Sequence record: DRR723986_619
Strand: one strand, 5' to 3'
DNA length: 44,691 nucleotides
Shown here: piece after piece, positions 18,345-28,109 of the stretch
Position numbering within the stretch: position 1 is the first letter of the stretch
Layout: the number at the start of each line of letters is the position of its first letter
Notes under the pieces: generated by a model
Database searches by the model: none
Seen by the model: only the letters and a program-made list of their open reading frames with translations
What the model was told of the DNA's origin: nothing
Program-made: the position numbers and the translations under genes

Positions 18345-20462
18345 TCAGGGCTTTGTTTTCGAGGCCTTGCGCTCGGCGCGCGACGGTTTGTTTTTCTTTG
18401 CAGGCTTTTTCTTTGGCGGCGCGGAGTTGGCAGCAGACCGGGTCCGCGGCTTGCGCCGGTCGCCGTCCGGGCCATCCGCGGCACGTTCCTTGCGCTTGGG
18501 AGCGCGGTCGCCGCCGTCGAGGTCGCGAGCCAGTTCCTTGGTGTTCAGAGGCTCGTAGGCAGGGTGGTGCGGCACGAAATCGTCGTCACCGGACCGGCGG
18601 CGGGGTTTGCCGCGAGGTCCGTCAAACTTGCCGCGCGGCCCGTCGAATTTGCCTTTGGGACCGTCGAACTTGCCTCTGCCCTCGCGCTTCGGTCGGCCGG
18701 ATTTCATGCTGTCTTCGGCACCGAGGCTTTCATAATCCGGTGCATCTGCACCACGTGGACGGCGCTTGGGCGGGCCGGAACGGTCGGACCGATCACGGCG
18801 GAAGCCGTCTTCCTTCGGCGGGGCAGGGATCTTGCCGCCACGTGCATCAAGCAGTGTGATGGTGGCATTTTCCTCGCCAGTGCCTTCGCGCTTGACCACA
18901 TCGGCGAAGCGCTGGCCATGACTGCCGGCGATTTCGAAGTAGAGCTCGTTCTGGAAGATCTTGATCGCGCCGACTTCCTTCTTGGTGACGTGACCGGCAC
19001 GGCAGATCATCGGAAGGATCCAGCGCGGTTCTGCGCGCTGGCGGTGACCGAGCGACAGCGAGAACCAGATGCCGTCTTCGAACTTGCCGGTGATTTCCGC
19101 GTTGCGACCGCCGCGCGAACCGGCATCCCTGCCTCGAAGCGAGGTCTCATCGAGATCGGAAACTTCTTCCGGAGCGGGCAGACGCGACTGACGCAGCTTG
19201 ACGAAGGCGGCAGCAAGCTGTTCCGGGCTGTGAAGCGCAAGCAGCTCGTTCGCGATCGTCAGTTCTTCTTCTTCCAGTTCCACCTTGAGTGCGGGATCGG
19301 CCAGAAGCCGTTCCTTGTCCTTGGCACGAATGTCGTCTGCAGTTGGAGCACCCTTCCAGGTCGCCGTGATGCCGGCAAAATGCAGCACGCGCTCTGCCTG
19401 GCGGCGGCGCGGGAAGGGAACCATGAGCACACAGGTGCCCTTGCGGCCGGCACGGCCCGTACGGCCGGAGCGGTGCAGCAGGGCGGCCTTGCCTGTCGGC
19501 AGGTCGGCGTGGATCACCAGATCGAGGTTCGGCAGGTCGATACCGCGTGCAGCAACGTCGGTTGCCACACACACACGGGCGCGGCCGTCCTTCATCGCGG
19601 CCAGCGCGCTGGAGCGCTGTTCCTGGCTGAGCTCGCCGGAAAGGGACACGATGGAGAAACCGCGGTTCGCGAGGCGCGATGTCAGCCGGCTGACAGCTTC
19701 ACGCGTCGAGCAGAAGACGATTGCCTTTTCCGCTTCATGCTGGCGCAGCACGTTGATGATGGCGTTTTCGCGCTCGTTCGGAGCAACCGGATGCGCGACG
19801 TAATCGATGTCGCCGTGTTGTTCGCGAGCGTTGATGGTCGACAGGCGAACGGCATCTTTCTGGAATCGCTTGGCGAGTTCTGCAATCGGCTTTGGAACCG
19901 TTGCTGAGAACATCAGTGTGCGGCGGTCCTGCGGCGCGGTATCCAGAATGAATTCCAGATCTTCGCGGAAGCCCATGTCGAGCATCTCGTCGGCTTCGTC
20001 GAGCACGACAGCCTTGATTTCCGACAGGTCCAGTGCGCCACGTTCGATATGATCGCGCAGGCGGCCAGGCGTGCCGACGACAATATGAACACCGCGTTCC
20101 AGCGTCCGCCGTTCGGTGCGCGGGTCCATGCCGCCGACACAAGAGGCGGTTACGGCGCCGGCTTCATTATAAAGCCAGGTCAGTTCTTCCTTCACCTGAA
20201 GGGCAAGTTCGCGGGTCGGGGCAATGGCCAGCGCGATGGGAGCGCCTGCCTGGCCGAGACTGTCCTGGCCGTCAAGCAGCGTCGGGGCAAGTGCGAGGCC
20301 AAAGGCAACGGTCTTGCCGGACCCGGTCTGCGCAGACACCAGAAGGTCGGCTTCCGGCGGCGCGTCGTTCAAAACGCTTTCCTGCACGGAGGTGAGGTTT
20401 TCATAGCCACGTTTCGCCAGCGCGGCCTTCAGCGCCGGGGCGAGAGAAGTCAAATCGGTCAT
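18345..20462 (-). CDS. deaD: DEAD-box RNA helicase, DeaD/CsdA type with DbpA-like RNA-binding domain and basic tail
   Basis: AQTGSGKT, PTRELA, TPGR, DEAD, SAT, ARGID and HRSGRTGRAG motifs; GIWFSLSLG..AEPRWILPMIC..VGAIKI domain. Confidence 0.93.
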   Translation of the reverse strand: MTDLTSLAPALKAALAKRGYENLTSVQESVLNDAPPEADLLVSAQTGSGKTVAFGLALAPTLLDGQDSLGQAGAPIALAIAPTRELALQVKEELTWLYNEAGAVTASCVGGMDPRTERRTLERGVHIVVGTPGRLRDHIERGALDLSEIKAVVLDEADEMLDMGFREDLEFILDTAPQDRRTLMFSATVPKPIAELAKRFQKDAVRLSTINAREQHGDIDYVAHPVAPNERENAIINVLRQHEAEKAIVFCSTREAVSRLTSRLANRGFSIVSLSGELSQEQRSSALAAMKDGRARVCVATDVAARGIDLPNLDLVIHADLPTGKAALLHRSGRTGRAGRKGTCVLMVPFPRRRQAERVLHFAGITATWKGAPTADDIRAKDKERLLADPALKVELEEEELTIANELLALHSPEQLAAAFVKLRQSRLPAPEEVSDLDETSLRGRDAGSRGGRNAEITGKFEDGIWFSLSLGHRQRAEPRWILPMICRAGHVTKKEVGAIKIFQNELYFEIAGSHGQRFADVVKREGTGEENATITLLDARGGKIPAPPKEDGFRRDRSDRSGPPKRRPRGADAPDYESLGAEDSMKSGRPKREGRGKFDGPKGKFDGPRGKFDGPRGKPRRRSGDDDFVPHHPAYEPLNTKELARDLDGGDRAPKRKERAADGPDGDRRKPRTRSAANSAPPKKKPAKKNKPSRAERKASKTKP
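18612..18674 (-). repeat. Three 21-bp coding repeats (GKFDGP[K/R]) in the DEAD-box tail
   Basis: GGCAAGTTCGACGGTCCCAAA / GGCAAATTCGACGGGCCGCGC / GGCAAGTTTGACGGACCTCGC. Confidence 0.9.
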
Positions 20463-20554
20463 AGAAATCTTTCAACTGCTCCGGATCTTCTGCATGCCAG
20501 TCAGCAGTCTACCGGATAGGGCCATCCAGTTATCGGCCCATGGATGGCCGCGGC

Positions 20555-20583
20555 TTATACAGGCATTTTTCCTCGCCGTCCAT
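20555..20583 (-). promoter_or_regulatory. Predicted sigma70 promoter of the DEAD-box helicase gene
   Basis: ATGGAC-N17-GTATAA, resembling the rhizobial CTTGAC-N17-CTATAT consensus. Confidence 0.5.
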
Positions 20584-20856
20584 CCCGCATTTTTTAGGTG
20601 TGAAAGTGGTGCACTGGCAAAAACTGCAGCGTTTCTACGCAGTGCGCCAGGTACCGAGCGATGACGCAAGTGCACTATTGTTCCTCGTACCCGGTCATCT
20701 TGTGGGGCATTGACCAATTCTCTTCTGCCGTAGCTGAATTGAACTCGGCTTAGAGCCGGTGTTAGCTTTCAGCCCGCATTGAGATGATAAGCTGAATTTT
20801 TGATCTATGACGTAAGGGCTTGCAGTCCGGGCGCTTTCGCGGTTCGTATAACGCTT

Positions 20857-22512
20857 ATGCTGGCTTTTTCCCATCTGCTCGACCGGCTTTCGCTGGAACC
20901 CAGGCGCCTCGCCAAGGAAGCGCTCCTGATCCGTTATTTCCAGGAGGTCGCGGATCCGGACCGGGGCTTTGCCCTGGCCGCACTGACAGGCGGGCTGAGT
21001 TTCAAACACGCCAAACCTGCCCTGCTCAGGGCTTTGATCGGCGAGCGGACGGACCCGGAGCTGTTTGCGCTTTCCTATGATTTTGTTGGTGACCTGTCCG
21101 AAACCATTGCGCTGATGTGGCCGCAGGCAGCAAAGGGAGAGGTTGCCCCGAAAGAAGCTGCCCCCAGCCTGTCTGAAGTGGTCAAGCGGCTGGAAGGGGC
21201 CGGAAAGAGCGAAGTGCCCGGTTTGCTGACCGACTGGCTGGACACGCTGGATGAGACCGGCAGATGGGCCCTTTTGAAACTGGTGACGGGCGGTTTGCGC
21301 GTCGGGGTATCTGCGCGCCTTGCGAAAACGGCCGTGGCAAAGCTCGGTGGACTGGATGTTGCTTCAGTGGAGGAGGTCTGGCACGGTCTGGAGCCACCTT
21401 ATGAAGCGCTGTTCGCCTGGGCGGAAGGACTGAGCGGACAACCGCAAACGTCCGATCCCGCACCATTCCGGCCGGTAATGCTGGCGCACCCCCTGGACGA
21501 GGACAAGGACACGGAGCTTCTGGAAGCGGAGGACTTTGCGGTCGAGTGGAAATGGGATGGCATTCGCGTTCAGGCGGCAGCCGGTCTGACAGAGCGTGGC
21601 GACCGCGTACGCCGCCTGTTCAGCCGGACCGGTGAAGACATATCCAGGGCCTTTCCCGATATTCTGGATTTGCTGACATTCGATGCCTGCATTGATGGCG
21701 AATTGCTGGTGGTGTCGGACGGTCAGGTGCGTCCTTTTGCAGATCTGCAAAAACGCCTCAACCGCAAGACTGCCGGGCCAAAGCTGATCCGCGAATACCC
21801 GGCAGCGATCCGTGCCTACGACCTGCTCAGTGTCGGCGGAACCGACTTGAGGGAGCTGCCGTTTGCAGAACGGCGCAAGGCGCTTGAAACCTTTATCACC
21901 GGATTGCCGGAGGGAAGCATCGATCTGTCGCCCATGGTGAAGGTAACCGGATGGGACGAAATCACCGCCGCGCGCGCCGATCCCCATGCCCATCTGCCTC
22001 CTGCCGACGCCGATGCCGTTGAAGGCTTGATGCTGAAGCGGTGGGATGCGCCCTATGTCACCGGCCGGCCGAAGGGATTGTGGTTCAAGTGGAAACGGGA
22101 ACCCTACCTGATCGATGCCGTACTGATGTATGCGCAGCGCGGCCACGGCAAACGCTCATCCTTTTATTCCGACTATACCTTCGGTGTCTGGCGTGACGGG
22201 GAGGCGGGAGCCGAGCTGGTTCCGGTCGGCAAGGCATATTTCGGCTTTACCGATGAGGAATTGCGTGAAATCGACCGCTATGTGCGTAACAACACCATCA
22301 ACCGGTTCGGACCGGTGAGGGAAGTCGTTCATAGCGCTGAAAAGGGGCTTGTGCTGGAGGTCGCCTTTGAAGGGCTCAACCGGTCCACCCGGCACAAGTC
22401 CGGCGTTGCCATGCGTTTTCCTCGCATTTCCAGGCTGCGTTGGGACAAGCCGGCGGCTGAGGCCGACAGGCTGGAAACGCTTCAGGCAATGTTGCCAGGC
22501 GAAGAAGGGTAA
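20857..22512 (+). CDS. ATP-dependent DNA ligase (ligase-associated / cisplatin damage response type)
   Basis: EWKWDGIR, IDGELL, AYDLL, EGLMLK, WFKWK and MRFPRISRLRWDK motifs. ATG 20857 is the likely start. Confidence 0.95.
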   Translation: MLAFSHLLDRLSLEPRRLAKEALLIRYFQEVADPDRGFALAALTGGLSFKHAKPALLRALIGERTDPELFALSYDFVGDLSETIALMWPQAAKGEVAPKEAAPSLSEVVKRLEGAGKSEVPGLLTDWLDTLDETGRWALLKLVTGGLRVGVSARLAKTAVAKLGGLDVASVEEVWHGLEPPYEALFAWAEGLSGQPQTSDPAPFRPVMLAHPLDEDKDTELLEAEDFAVEWKWDGIRVQAAAGLTERGDRVRRLFSRTGEDISRAFPDILDLLTFDACIDGELLVVSDGQVRPFADLQKRLNRKTAGPKLIREYPAAIRAYDLLSVGGTDLRELPFAERRKALETFITGLPEGSIDLSPMVKVTGWDEITAARADPHAHLPPADADAVEGLMLKRWDAPYVTGRPKGLWFKWKREPYLIDAVLMYAQRGHGKRSSFYSDYTFGVWRDGEAGAELVPVGKAYFGFTDEELREIDRYVRNNTINRFGPVREVVHSAEKGLVLEVAFEGLNRSTRHKSGVAMRFPRISRLRWDKPAAEADRLETLQAMLPGEEG

Positions 22513-22675
22513 TTCGGTGTTCGACAACTCGCTTTTGAAAACCTGCCCTTAAGTCGTGCTTTGGCCATGGAAATATGGCACCCATGACAAGATACAAACG
22601 GCCAGACGCTTGTGCCCCTGCTTCAACTGAAATGCTTGGGGCCAAAAGCGCGAGGCCGGCAACCGGAGAGGCAAT

Positions 22676-23218
22676 ATGACGATCCGCAACAAATATCTGG
22701 CTCCCGTGTTCAGCGGGCTGGCCGTGGCCGTTCTTCTGGCCCCGGCAGCTGTCGCCCAGGACAGTGTCGCCCCTGAAACCGCAGACGCAGTGACAAAGGG
22801 ACAGGCAGACCGCTTTTCCCTGGTCAGGGTGGATGAGGATATCCTCAGGGTGGACCGGCAGAACGGGACCGTCTCCATTTGCAAGGAGCAGAGCGACGCC
22901 TGGCGCTGCAATCCGGTGCCGCTGGCAGAAGATGCCTATCTTGCTGAAATCAACGAGCTGGCCGGTGAAGTGGATCGCCTGACAGTCCGTGTGGAGGAGC
23001 TGGAAGGCAATGGCGTAAAGTCCGACAAGCAATTGCCGCCCGGTTCCGCACTTGATCGCCCAAAAGCACCCGGCTCCAGTCAGGGCGGACGCAGCCCATC
23101 GACAACCGAGGAAGATGAGGAACTGGAAAAGGTTCTGACTTTCACAGAAAGCGCCATGCGTCGTTTCTTTGGCATGGTTCGCGACCTGCAGAAGGACTTC
23201 GAAGGCGAAGCCAACTGA
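22676..23218 (+). CDS. Hypothetical exported protein with coiled coil
   Basis: GAGG RBS, signal peptide, RVDRQNGTVSIC..W.C pair, coiled coil and C-terminal AMRRFFGMV helix; normal codon usage. Confidence 0.8.
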   Translation: MTIRNKYLAPVFSGLAVAVLLAPAAVAQDSVAPETADAVTKGQADRFSLVRVDEDILRVDRQNGTVSICKEQSDAWRCNPVPLAEDAYLAEINELAGEVDRLTVRVEELEGNGVKSDKQLPPGSALDRPKAPGSSQGGRSPSTTEEDEELEKVLTFTESAMRRFFGMVRDLQKDFEGEAN

Positions 23219-23235
23219 TCGCCTGAATTCAGGAT

Positions 23236-23269
23236 AAAAAACAGCGCGCCCCTGCCTAGGGCACGCTGT
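23236..23269 (-). terminator. Intrinsic terminator between convergent genes
   Basis: Minus strand CAGCGTGCCC-taggcag-GGGCGCGCTG followed by TTTTTT. Confidence 0.75.
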
Positions 23270-23298
23270 GTCCGGCAAAGTTCCTTGGCCGGGAGACG

Positions 23299-24168
23299 TC
23301 AGTCGATCAGCATCTTGTTGATGCTCTGATAGGCTTCATCCGGCTGTTCCACGGCAACACGCCTGGTCAGATCCATCGTCAGCGCGACAACATCCAGGAC
23401 GGCGGCGAGACGGTTCGTCCGCGTTTCAAACAGGTGATGGCGCATCGAGAAGGTCTTTGGATTGACGCCGGTAAAGCCGGAAACCACCAGCATTGCGTCG
23501 CCGGTCTTCAGCGGTGTGATCCAGGTCAGCTTCATTTCAACGGCCACCCGGCCGAAACCGTTTTCCGTCAAATAGGCGTGTGTCATCGGCGTACGCTGCC
23601 AGACATGGGCTACGCCGTCCGTGCAGCAGGACAGCGCAAATCTGTCGTCGGCCTTGCCGTCCGGACCGATGTCGCGGGGCAAAACGGTTCCCCGGTAGAC
23701 GATCTGGGCGCCTTTCGACTGCAAGGCCGCGAGCGTCGCGCGCGCATTTGCCGGTCCGGCGGAAATCCCCCTTGGTCCGGCCTCTGCAATCATTGGCGTC
23801 TGGAAGTCGCGGAAGCGCTGGCGCAAGGTCTTCGCGGCGCTGGCGCTCGGCTCATATCCGTCGAGAGCTGTTGCCGAAAGCGTTCCCGTGGCGGCGTCGC
23901 GCATTTCGTGGATGACAGTGAGCATATGCGGGCCGTCGAAGGCGATGCTGGAGTGAACCGTGATCAGGTCCCCCGTACGCATCTCCTTGTGGTAGCGCAC
24001 GTGGCGCACCCGGCGAGCCCCCACGACGGTTTCGCTCAAGCCGGTCATTAGCCGGAACTGGCGATCTGCTTCCTCGAAGCGGCTGAAGTAGAACTGGACG
24101 TTTAGATGATCGTTTTCGTCACATTCCCAACGGTTCACAAATGAAAACAGCGTTGCCTGAATTGTCAT
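23299..24168 (-). CDS. Double hot-dog acyl-CoA thioesterase family protein (4HBT-like)
   Basis: VNRWECDENDHLNVQFY and HVRYHKEMRTGD in the first domain; degenerate second domain with VEMKLTWITPLKTGD. ATG 24168 is the likely start. Confidence 0.8.
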   Translation of the reverse strand: MTIQATLFSFVNRWECDENDHLNVQFYFSRFEEADRQFRLMTGLSETVVGARRVRHVRYHKEMRTGDLITVHSSIAFDGPHMLTVIHEMRDAATGTLSATALDGYEPSASAAKTLRQRFRDFQTPMIAEAGPRGISAGPANARATLAALQSKGAQIVYRGTVLPRDIGPDGKADDRFALSCCTDGVAHVWQRTPMTHAYLTENGFGRVAVEMKLTWITPLKTGDAMLVVSGFTGVNPKTFSMRHHLFETRTNRLAAVLDVVALTMDLTRRVAVEQPDEAYQSINKMLID

Positions 24169-24623
24169 AATTGCTTCGTGCACTCAGTGATTTTTGATTA
24201 TGTGATGTGTATTGGACAGGTCATTTGTTGCTGTCTTTGCATTGATTATCAACAAGAAATGTAGAGTCTGGAAAATTAGTTCAGGCAACGTTGAGGAAGC
24301 GGGTAAAATGAAAAGATCAACTGCGGCGAGGTGATTTAAACTTTAGGTTGTTTTTGTTGGTGGCTCTAACTTAACTATTTTTCTTGCGCCTGAAGGCAGC
24401 CTATTTGCCATGACAGCAGCGAATGCGCAGCGCGTGAACATGGCGTGTTGGTCAAAAGCATGGTTTGACTTGCGCGTAACCCATGTTGCAAACATACTTC
24501 ACAATGGCCGTAACAATGGGGCTTCGCCATAAAATCAAGAAGCGAGCGGGTGCAGGATGACTGCGACGCATGGCTCTGGCGGAACCTGCGGGCCAAACGG
24601 ACCGTTGAGGGAGGAATAACAAC

Positions 24624-25307
24624 GTGTCGGCGACATCGTATCGGTTCATCATCGCGGACGATCATCCCCTGTTCCGGGGTGCTCTGCGTCAAACGCTCGA
24701 AACACAATACCCCGATGCTGTGATCGAGGAAGCCGGTGCGTTGGAGGACGTTACGGCCAAGCTGGAACAGGATGGCGAAGTCGATCTCATTCTGCTTGAT
24801 CTGTCCATGCCCGGCATGCGCGGTTTTTCCGGGCTTATGTACCTGCGGGCCCAATATTCCGGCGTTCCGGTGGTGGTGGTCTCGGCCAATGAAGATCCGC
24901 AGGCCATCCGGCGCGCGGTTGAATTCGGAGCTTCCGGCTTCATTCCGAAGTCTCACGGGATCGATGTCATCCGTGAGGCGATTTCGGAGGTCATGTCCGG
25001 CAACATGTGGACCCCGCCGGATGTCGACCTTGCCGCCGACGATGGCAGCGGCGATCTGGTGCAGCGCCTTGCAACGCTTACCCCCCAGCAGGTTCGTGTT
25101 CTGATGATGCTGTCGGAAGGTCTTCTGAACAAGCAGATTGCCTACGAACTGTCCGTTTCGGAAGCGACCGTAAAGGCTCATGTTTCCGCGATCCTGCAAA
25201 AGCTTGGCGTGGAAAGCAGAACCCAGGCCGTTATTGCAGCGTCCAAGATCGAGGCCGGGCAATGGCAGGTTGGCGGCGAAACCGCCGAGGCTGCCCAGGC
25301 ACAGTGA
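24624..25307 (+). CDS. NarL/LuxR-family response regulator, CrbR/ErdR-like
   Basis: IADDHPLFRGAL, LLDLSMPG, GFIPKS and LTPQQVRVLMMLSEGLLNKQIAYEL..SEATVKAHV; GGAGG RBS. Confidence 0.9.
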   Translation: MSATSYRFIIADDHPLFRGALRQTLETQYPDAVIEEAGALEDVTAKLEQDGEVDLILLDLSMPGMRGFSGLMYLRAQYSGVPVVVVSANEDPQAIRRAVEFGASGFIPKSHGIDVIREAISEVMSGNMWTPPDVDLAADDGSGDLVQRLATLTPQQVRVLMMLSEGLLNKQIAYELSVSEATVKAHVSAILQKLGVESRTQAVIAASKIEAGQWQVGGETAEAAQAQ

Positions 25308-25351
25308 CAGCGAGCACACGCGCCACGTTACTTTCTGGCTGCTCCACTTGG

Positions 25352-25382
25352 AAATGGTCTCCAATGCAGGAGACCGTTTTCT
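25352..25382 (+). terminator. Intrinsic terminator after the response regulator
   Basis: AAATGGTCTCC-aatgca-GGAGACCGTTT followed by TCT. Confidence 0.7.
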
Positions 25383-25572
25383 GCTTTGCGTGCTGAAATC
25401 GACCTGCCCGGATGCAATTTCTGTAGGCCTTCAGGGCGAGCCTTCCAGTCAGGATTGCAAAAACATAGCGAAATCCAGACCACCGTTTTTACCGTAATTT
25501 CAGGGAATGGCTGTAACCGTCATTGCTGCGGGGCGCTGCCACGCAGAGTGCGAGTAGCCACCCGGAGAGAAA

Positions 25573-28065
25573 ATGCGGTCCAGCTTCAATTGGCGACTGA
25601 TCTTCAAGACGATCGGCATGGCCTTCGTGTTGCCCGGTCGTCAGCTCAAGGTGGACTTCCAGTCTGACGCGGACACGCAGACCGGACAGCAGGAAAGCAA
25701 TCCTGTTCGCGCCTTCATGCTCGCGTTCGGTCACCCGGTGGTCGACGAACTCCTCGCCCGCAAGGTACGTGCAGCGCAGATCGCAAGTATCGCGCGCCTG
25801 ACACCCTTTATCGTGCTGGCAAACGTCGTCAACGTAATCGTCATTACGCTCGCGTTTCAGCACTTCATGCCGTTCAGTTTCATTGCGGTCTGGATTGCGG
25901 CCATTGGAGCTTTTCTTGCCTACACCCTGTACAAGTGGCTGAAAGCGAACAGATCGCCTATTCATCTTGCCTCGCGGCGATCGCTGAACAAGGCGGTCTT
26001 GCACGCGACGATTTTCAGTGGTCTTTGGGCGGTCGTTCCAATTGCCGCATTCGGCTATGGCGATCCGGACGGCATCTGGATTGCCTCCTGCGTCACCACC
26101 GGCATGCTGTGTGGTGGCGGTTTTACTCTGGCAACCGTGCCGCAGGCAGCCTTTCGCTGGGTTGCGATCCTTTTCCTTGCATCGCTTGTATCGTTCGCAA
26201 TCGGACGCAGCGCGGAGCTGTGGCCGCTGGTCTTCCTGTTGAGCAGCTACACGCTGGTGGTGGTCGGCAGCGTTGCTTCGGCAGGCTGGCTGTTTGCCTC
26301 CCATTTCCTTGCCGAAGCCGAGCTGGAACAACGCGGTGAACTGATCGCTCTGCTGCTGAACGAGTTCGAGGAAAAGTCCAGCGACTGGCTCTGGAAATCG
26401 GATAGCCACGGTAATCTGCATTCCATTTCCGACCGGTTCTTACATGCCAGTGGCCGGGACCGGGCGGAACTGGAAACCATGCGCATGGTCGATCTGGCCT
26501 ATTCCCTGGACGAGAACGATGCGCGTTCAGCCGTGACCAGGCTGGAAAACGCCATGAAGCGTCAGCAGGCCTTCCGCGAAATCGTCATCGGGGTGGACGT
26601 GAACGGCGAGGAGCGCTGGTGGTCCCTGGCAGCACGTCCGGTCTACGACGACCATGGTTCCTTTACCGGTTACCGCGGTGTTGCTTCCGACATCACCGAA
26701 GCCCGCAGGGCAAGCGCCCTTGTTTCTCACCTGGCCGAGCACGATTCCCTGACGGGGATCGGCAATCGGAGCTGGTTCCTGAAACAGGCCGAGGCGCAAC
26801 TGGAAGAGCAAAACCAGAATGGCCAGAACACACTGACTCTCTTCCTCATTGACCTCGACAATTTCAAGGTCGTGAACGACACCAGCGGTCACCCGGCAGG
26901 GGATGAACTTCTGCGGCAGGTCGCAAGCCGGTTTACCGCCCTTGGCGAAGGCAGGACGATGCTCGCGCGTTTCGGTGGCGACGAATTCGCCGCGCTCGGC
27001 CGTTTCGTCAGCGATCAGGCAGCTCTTGCATTTGCCGAGGAACTGGTTGCCGTGACACGCAAGCCTTTCCGGATTGGCCGTCGCGACTTCGCCATTGGCG
27101 CCACCGTCGGGTTCACCCGTCTGTGCGACAGCAAGGACACTGTCGACGATCTGATGCGCAAGGCTGACATTGCGCTTTACAAGGCAAAGGAAGGTGGCCG
27201 GGGACGGTCGCTCGCCTTCGAGCAGGACATGGAGCGCGAGGTCCGCGAGCGCCGCGAACTGGAATCGGATCTGCGCGAAGCATTCGAATACGGCAAGCTC
27301 AATGTCGATTTTCAGCCGATCGTGGACGCCCGGTCCGGCAAGGTGGTGTCCAGCGAGGTCCTGCTCCGCTGGCTGCATCCCGAGCGTGGTGAGGTGCCGC
27401 CGGACGTGTTCATTCCGATTGCCGAACACGCCGGTCTGATACTGCCGCTCGGCTGCTGGGTTCTGAGGAAAGCCTGTGCAGCGGCGGCCCAATGTCCCGA
27501 ACTGGAGAGCGTTGCGGTCAACCTGTCGCCGGTCCAGTTCATGGATCCAAATCTGGTGGAACAAATCCTGACCGTGCTGCAGGAAACGGGGTTCCCGCCG
27601 GAACGCCTTGTCCTGGAAATCACCGAATCCGTGTTCCTGCGCGACTTCGGCACAGCATCGATCAAGCTGCAGAAACTGCGTGACCTTGGTATCCGCATCG
27701 CGCTGGACGACTTCGGCACGGGCTATTCGTCTCTTTCGTATCTGCGGCACTACAAGTTCGACAAGATCAAGATCGACAAATCCTTCGTCGATGAAATCGG
27801 CGAACGCAGCGACGGTCTGGCGATCATCTCTGCAGTCATTGCGCTTGCGCATAACCTTGGTCTGGAAGTCACGGCAGAAGGCGTGGAGCGCCAGTTTCAG
27901 GTGGATGCTTTGCGCACGCTCGGCTGCGACACCATGCAAGGCTATTACTTCGGCAAGCCGGACCCCAATCCGATGCGGGTCGCCCAGATTCGCAGGGAAG
28001 ACTGGCAGGACCGTTCGCCGAGCACCGCGCCGAAGAACCCTGGAGCGCTCCGCTCAGCTTCCTGA
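25573..28065 (+). CDS. Membrane-bound PAS-GGDEF-EAL protein (c-di-GMP cyclase/phosphodiesterase)
   Basis: N-terminal TM helices, PAS (DWLWKSD...GYRGVASDIT), HDSLTG, DLDNFKVVND, ARFGGDEF, EVLLRW, DDFGTG, KIDKSF, AEGVE and QGYY. Confidence 0.93.
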   Translation: MRSSFNWRLIFKTIGMAFVLPGRQLKVDFQSDADTQTGQQESNPVRAFMLAFGHPVVDELLARKVRAAQIASIARLTPFIVLANVVNVIVITLAFQHFMPFSFIAVWIAAIGAFLAYTLYKWLKANRSPIHLASRRSLNKAVLHATIFSGLWAVVPIAAFGYGDPDGIWIASCVTTGMLCGGGFTLATVPQAAFRWVAILFLASLVSFAIGRSAELWPLVFLLSSYTLVVVGSVASAGWLFASHFLAEAELEQRGELIALLLNEFEEKSSDWLWKSDSHGNLHSISDRFLHASGRDRAELETMRMVDLAYSLDENDARSAVTRLENAMKRQQAFREIVIGVDVNGEERWWSLAARPVYDDHGSFTGYRGVASDITEARRASALVSHLAEHDSLTGIGNRSWFLKQAEAQLEEQNQNGQNTLTLFLIDLDNFKVVNDTSGHPAGDELLRQVASRFTALGEGRTMLARFGGDEFAALGRFVSDQAALAFAEELVAVTRKPFRIGRRDFAIGATVGFTRLCDSKDTVDDLMRKADIALYKAKEGGRGRSLAFEQDMEREVRERRELESDLREAFEYGKLNVDFQPIVDARSGKVVSSEVLLRWLHPERGEVPPDVFIPIAEHAGLILPLGCWVLRKACAAAAQCPELESVAVNLSPVQFMDPNLVEQILTVLQETGFPPERLVLEITESVFLRDFGTASIKLQKLRDLGIRIALDDFGTGYSSLSYLRHYKFDKIKIDKSFVDEIGERSDGLAIISAVIALAHNLGLEVTAEGVERQFQVDALRTLGCDTMQGYYFGKPDPNPMRVAQIRREDWQDRSPSTAPKNPGALRSAS

Positions 28066-28109
28066 TGCATTGGTGCTGACAGCGTGCGGGTCCCAGGCTC
28101 CAACCTGGT

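Noticed and set aside
20669..20853. Single GTTC units upstream of the ligase as possible LexA boxes
   Set aside because: No second GTTC at the required 7-bp spacing.
24242..24252. TTGAT-T-ATCAA as an FNR/FixK box
   Set aside because: The spacer is 1 bp instead of 4.
24308..24334. Eight-codon ORF MKRSTAAR as a leader peptide
   Set aside because: Poor SD spacing, no attenuator structure and no informative codon bias.
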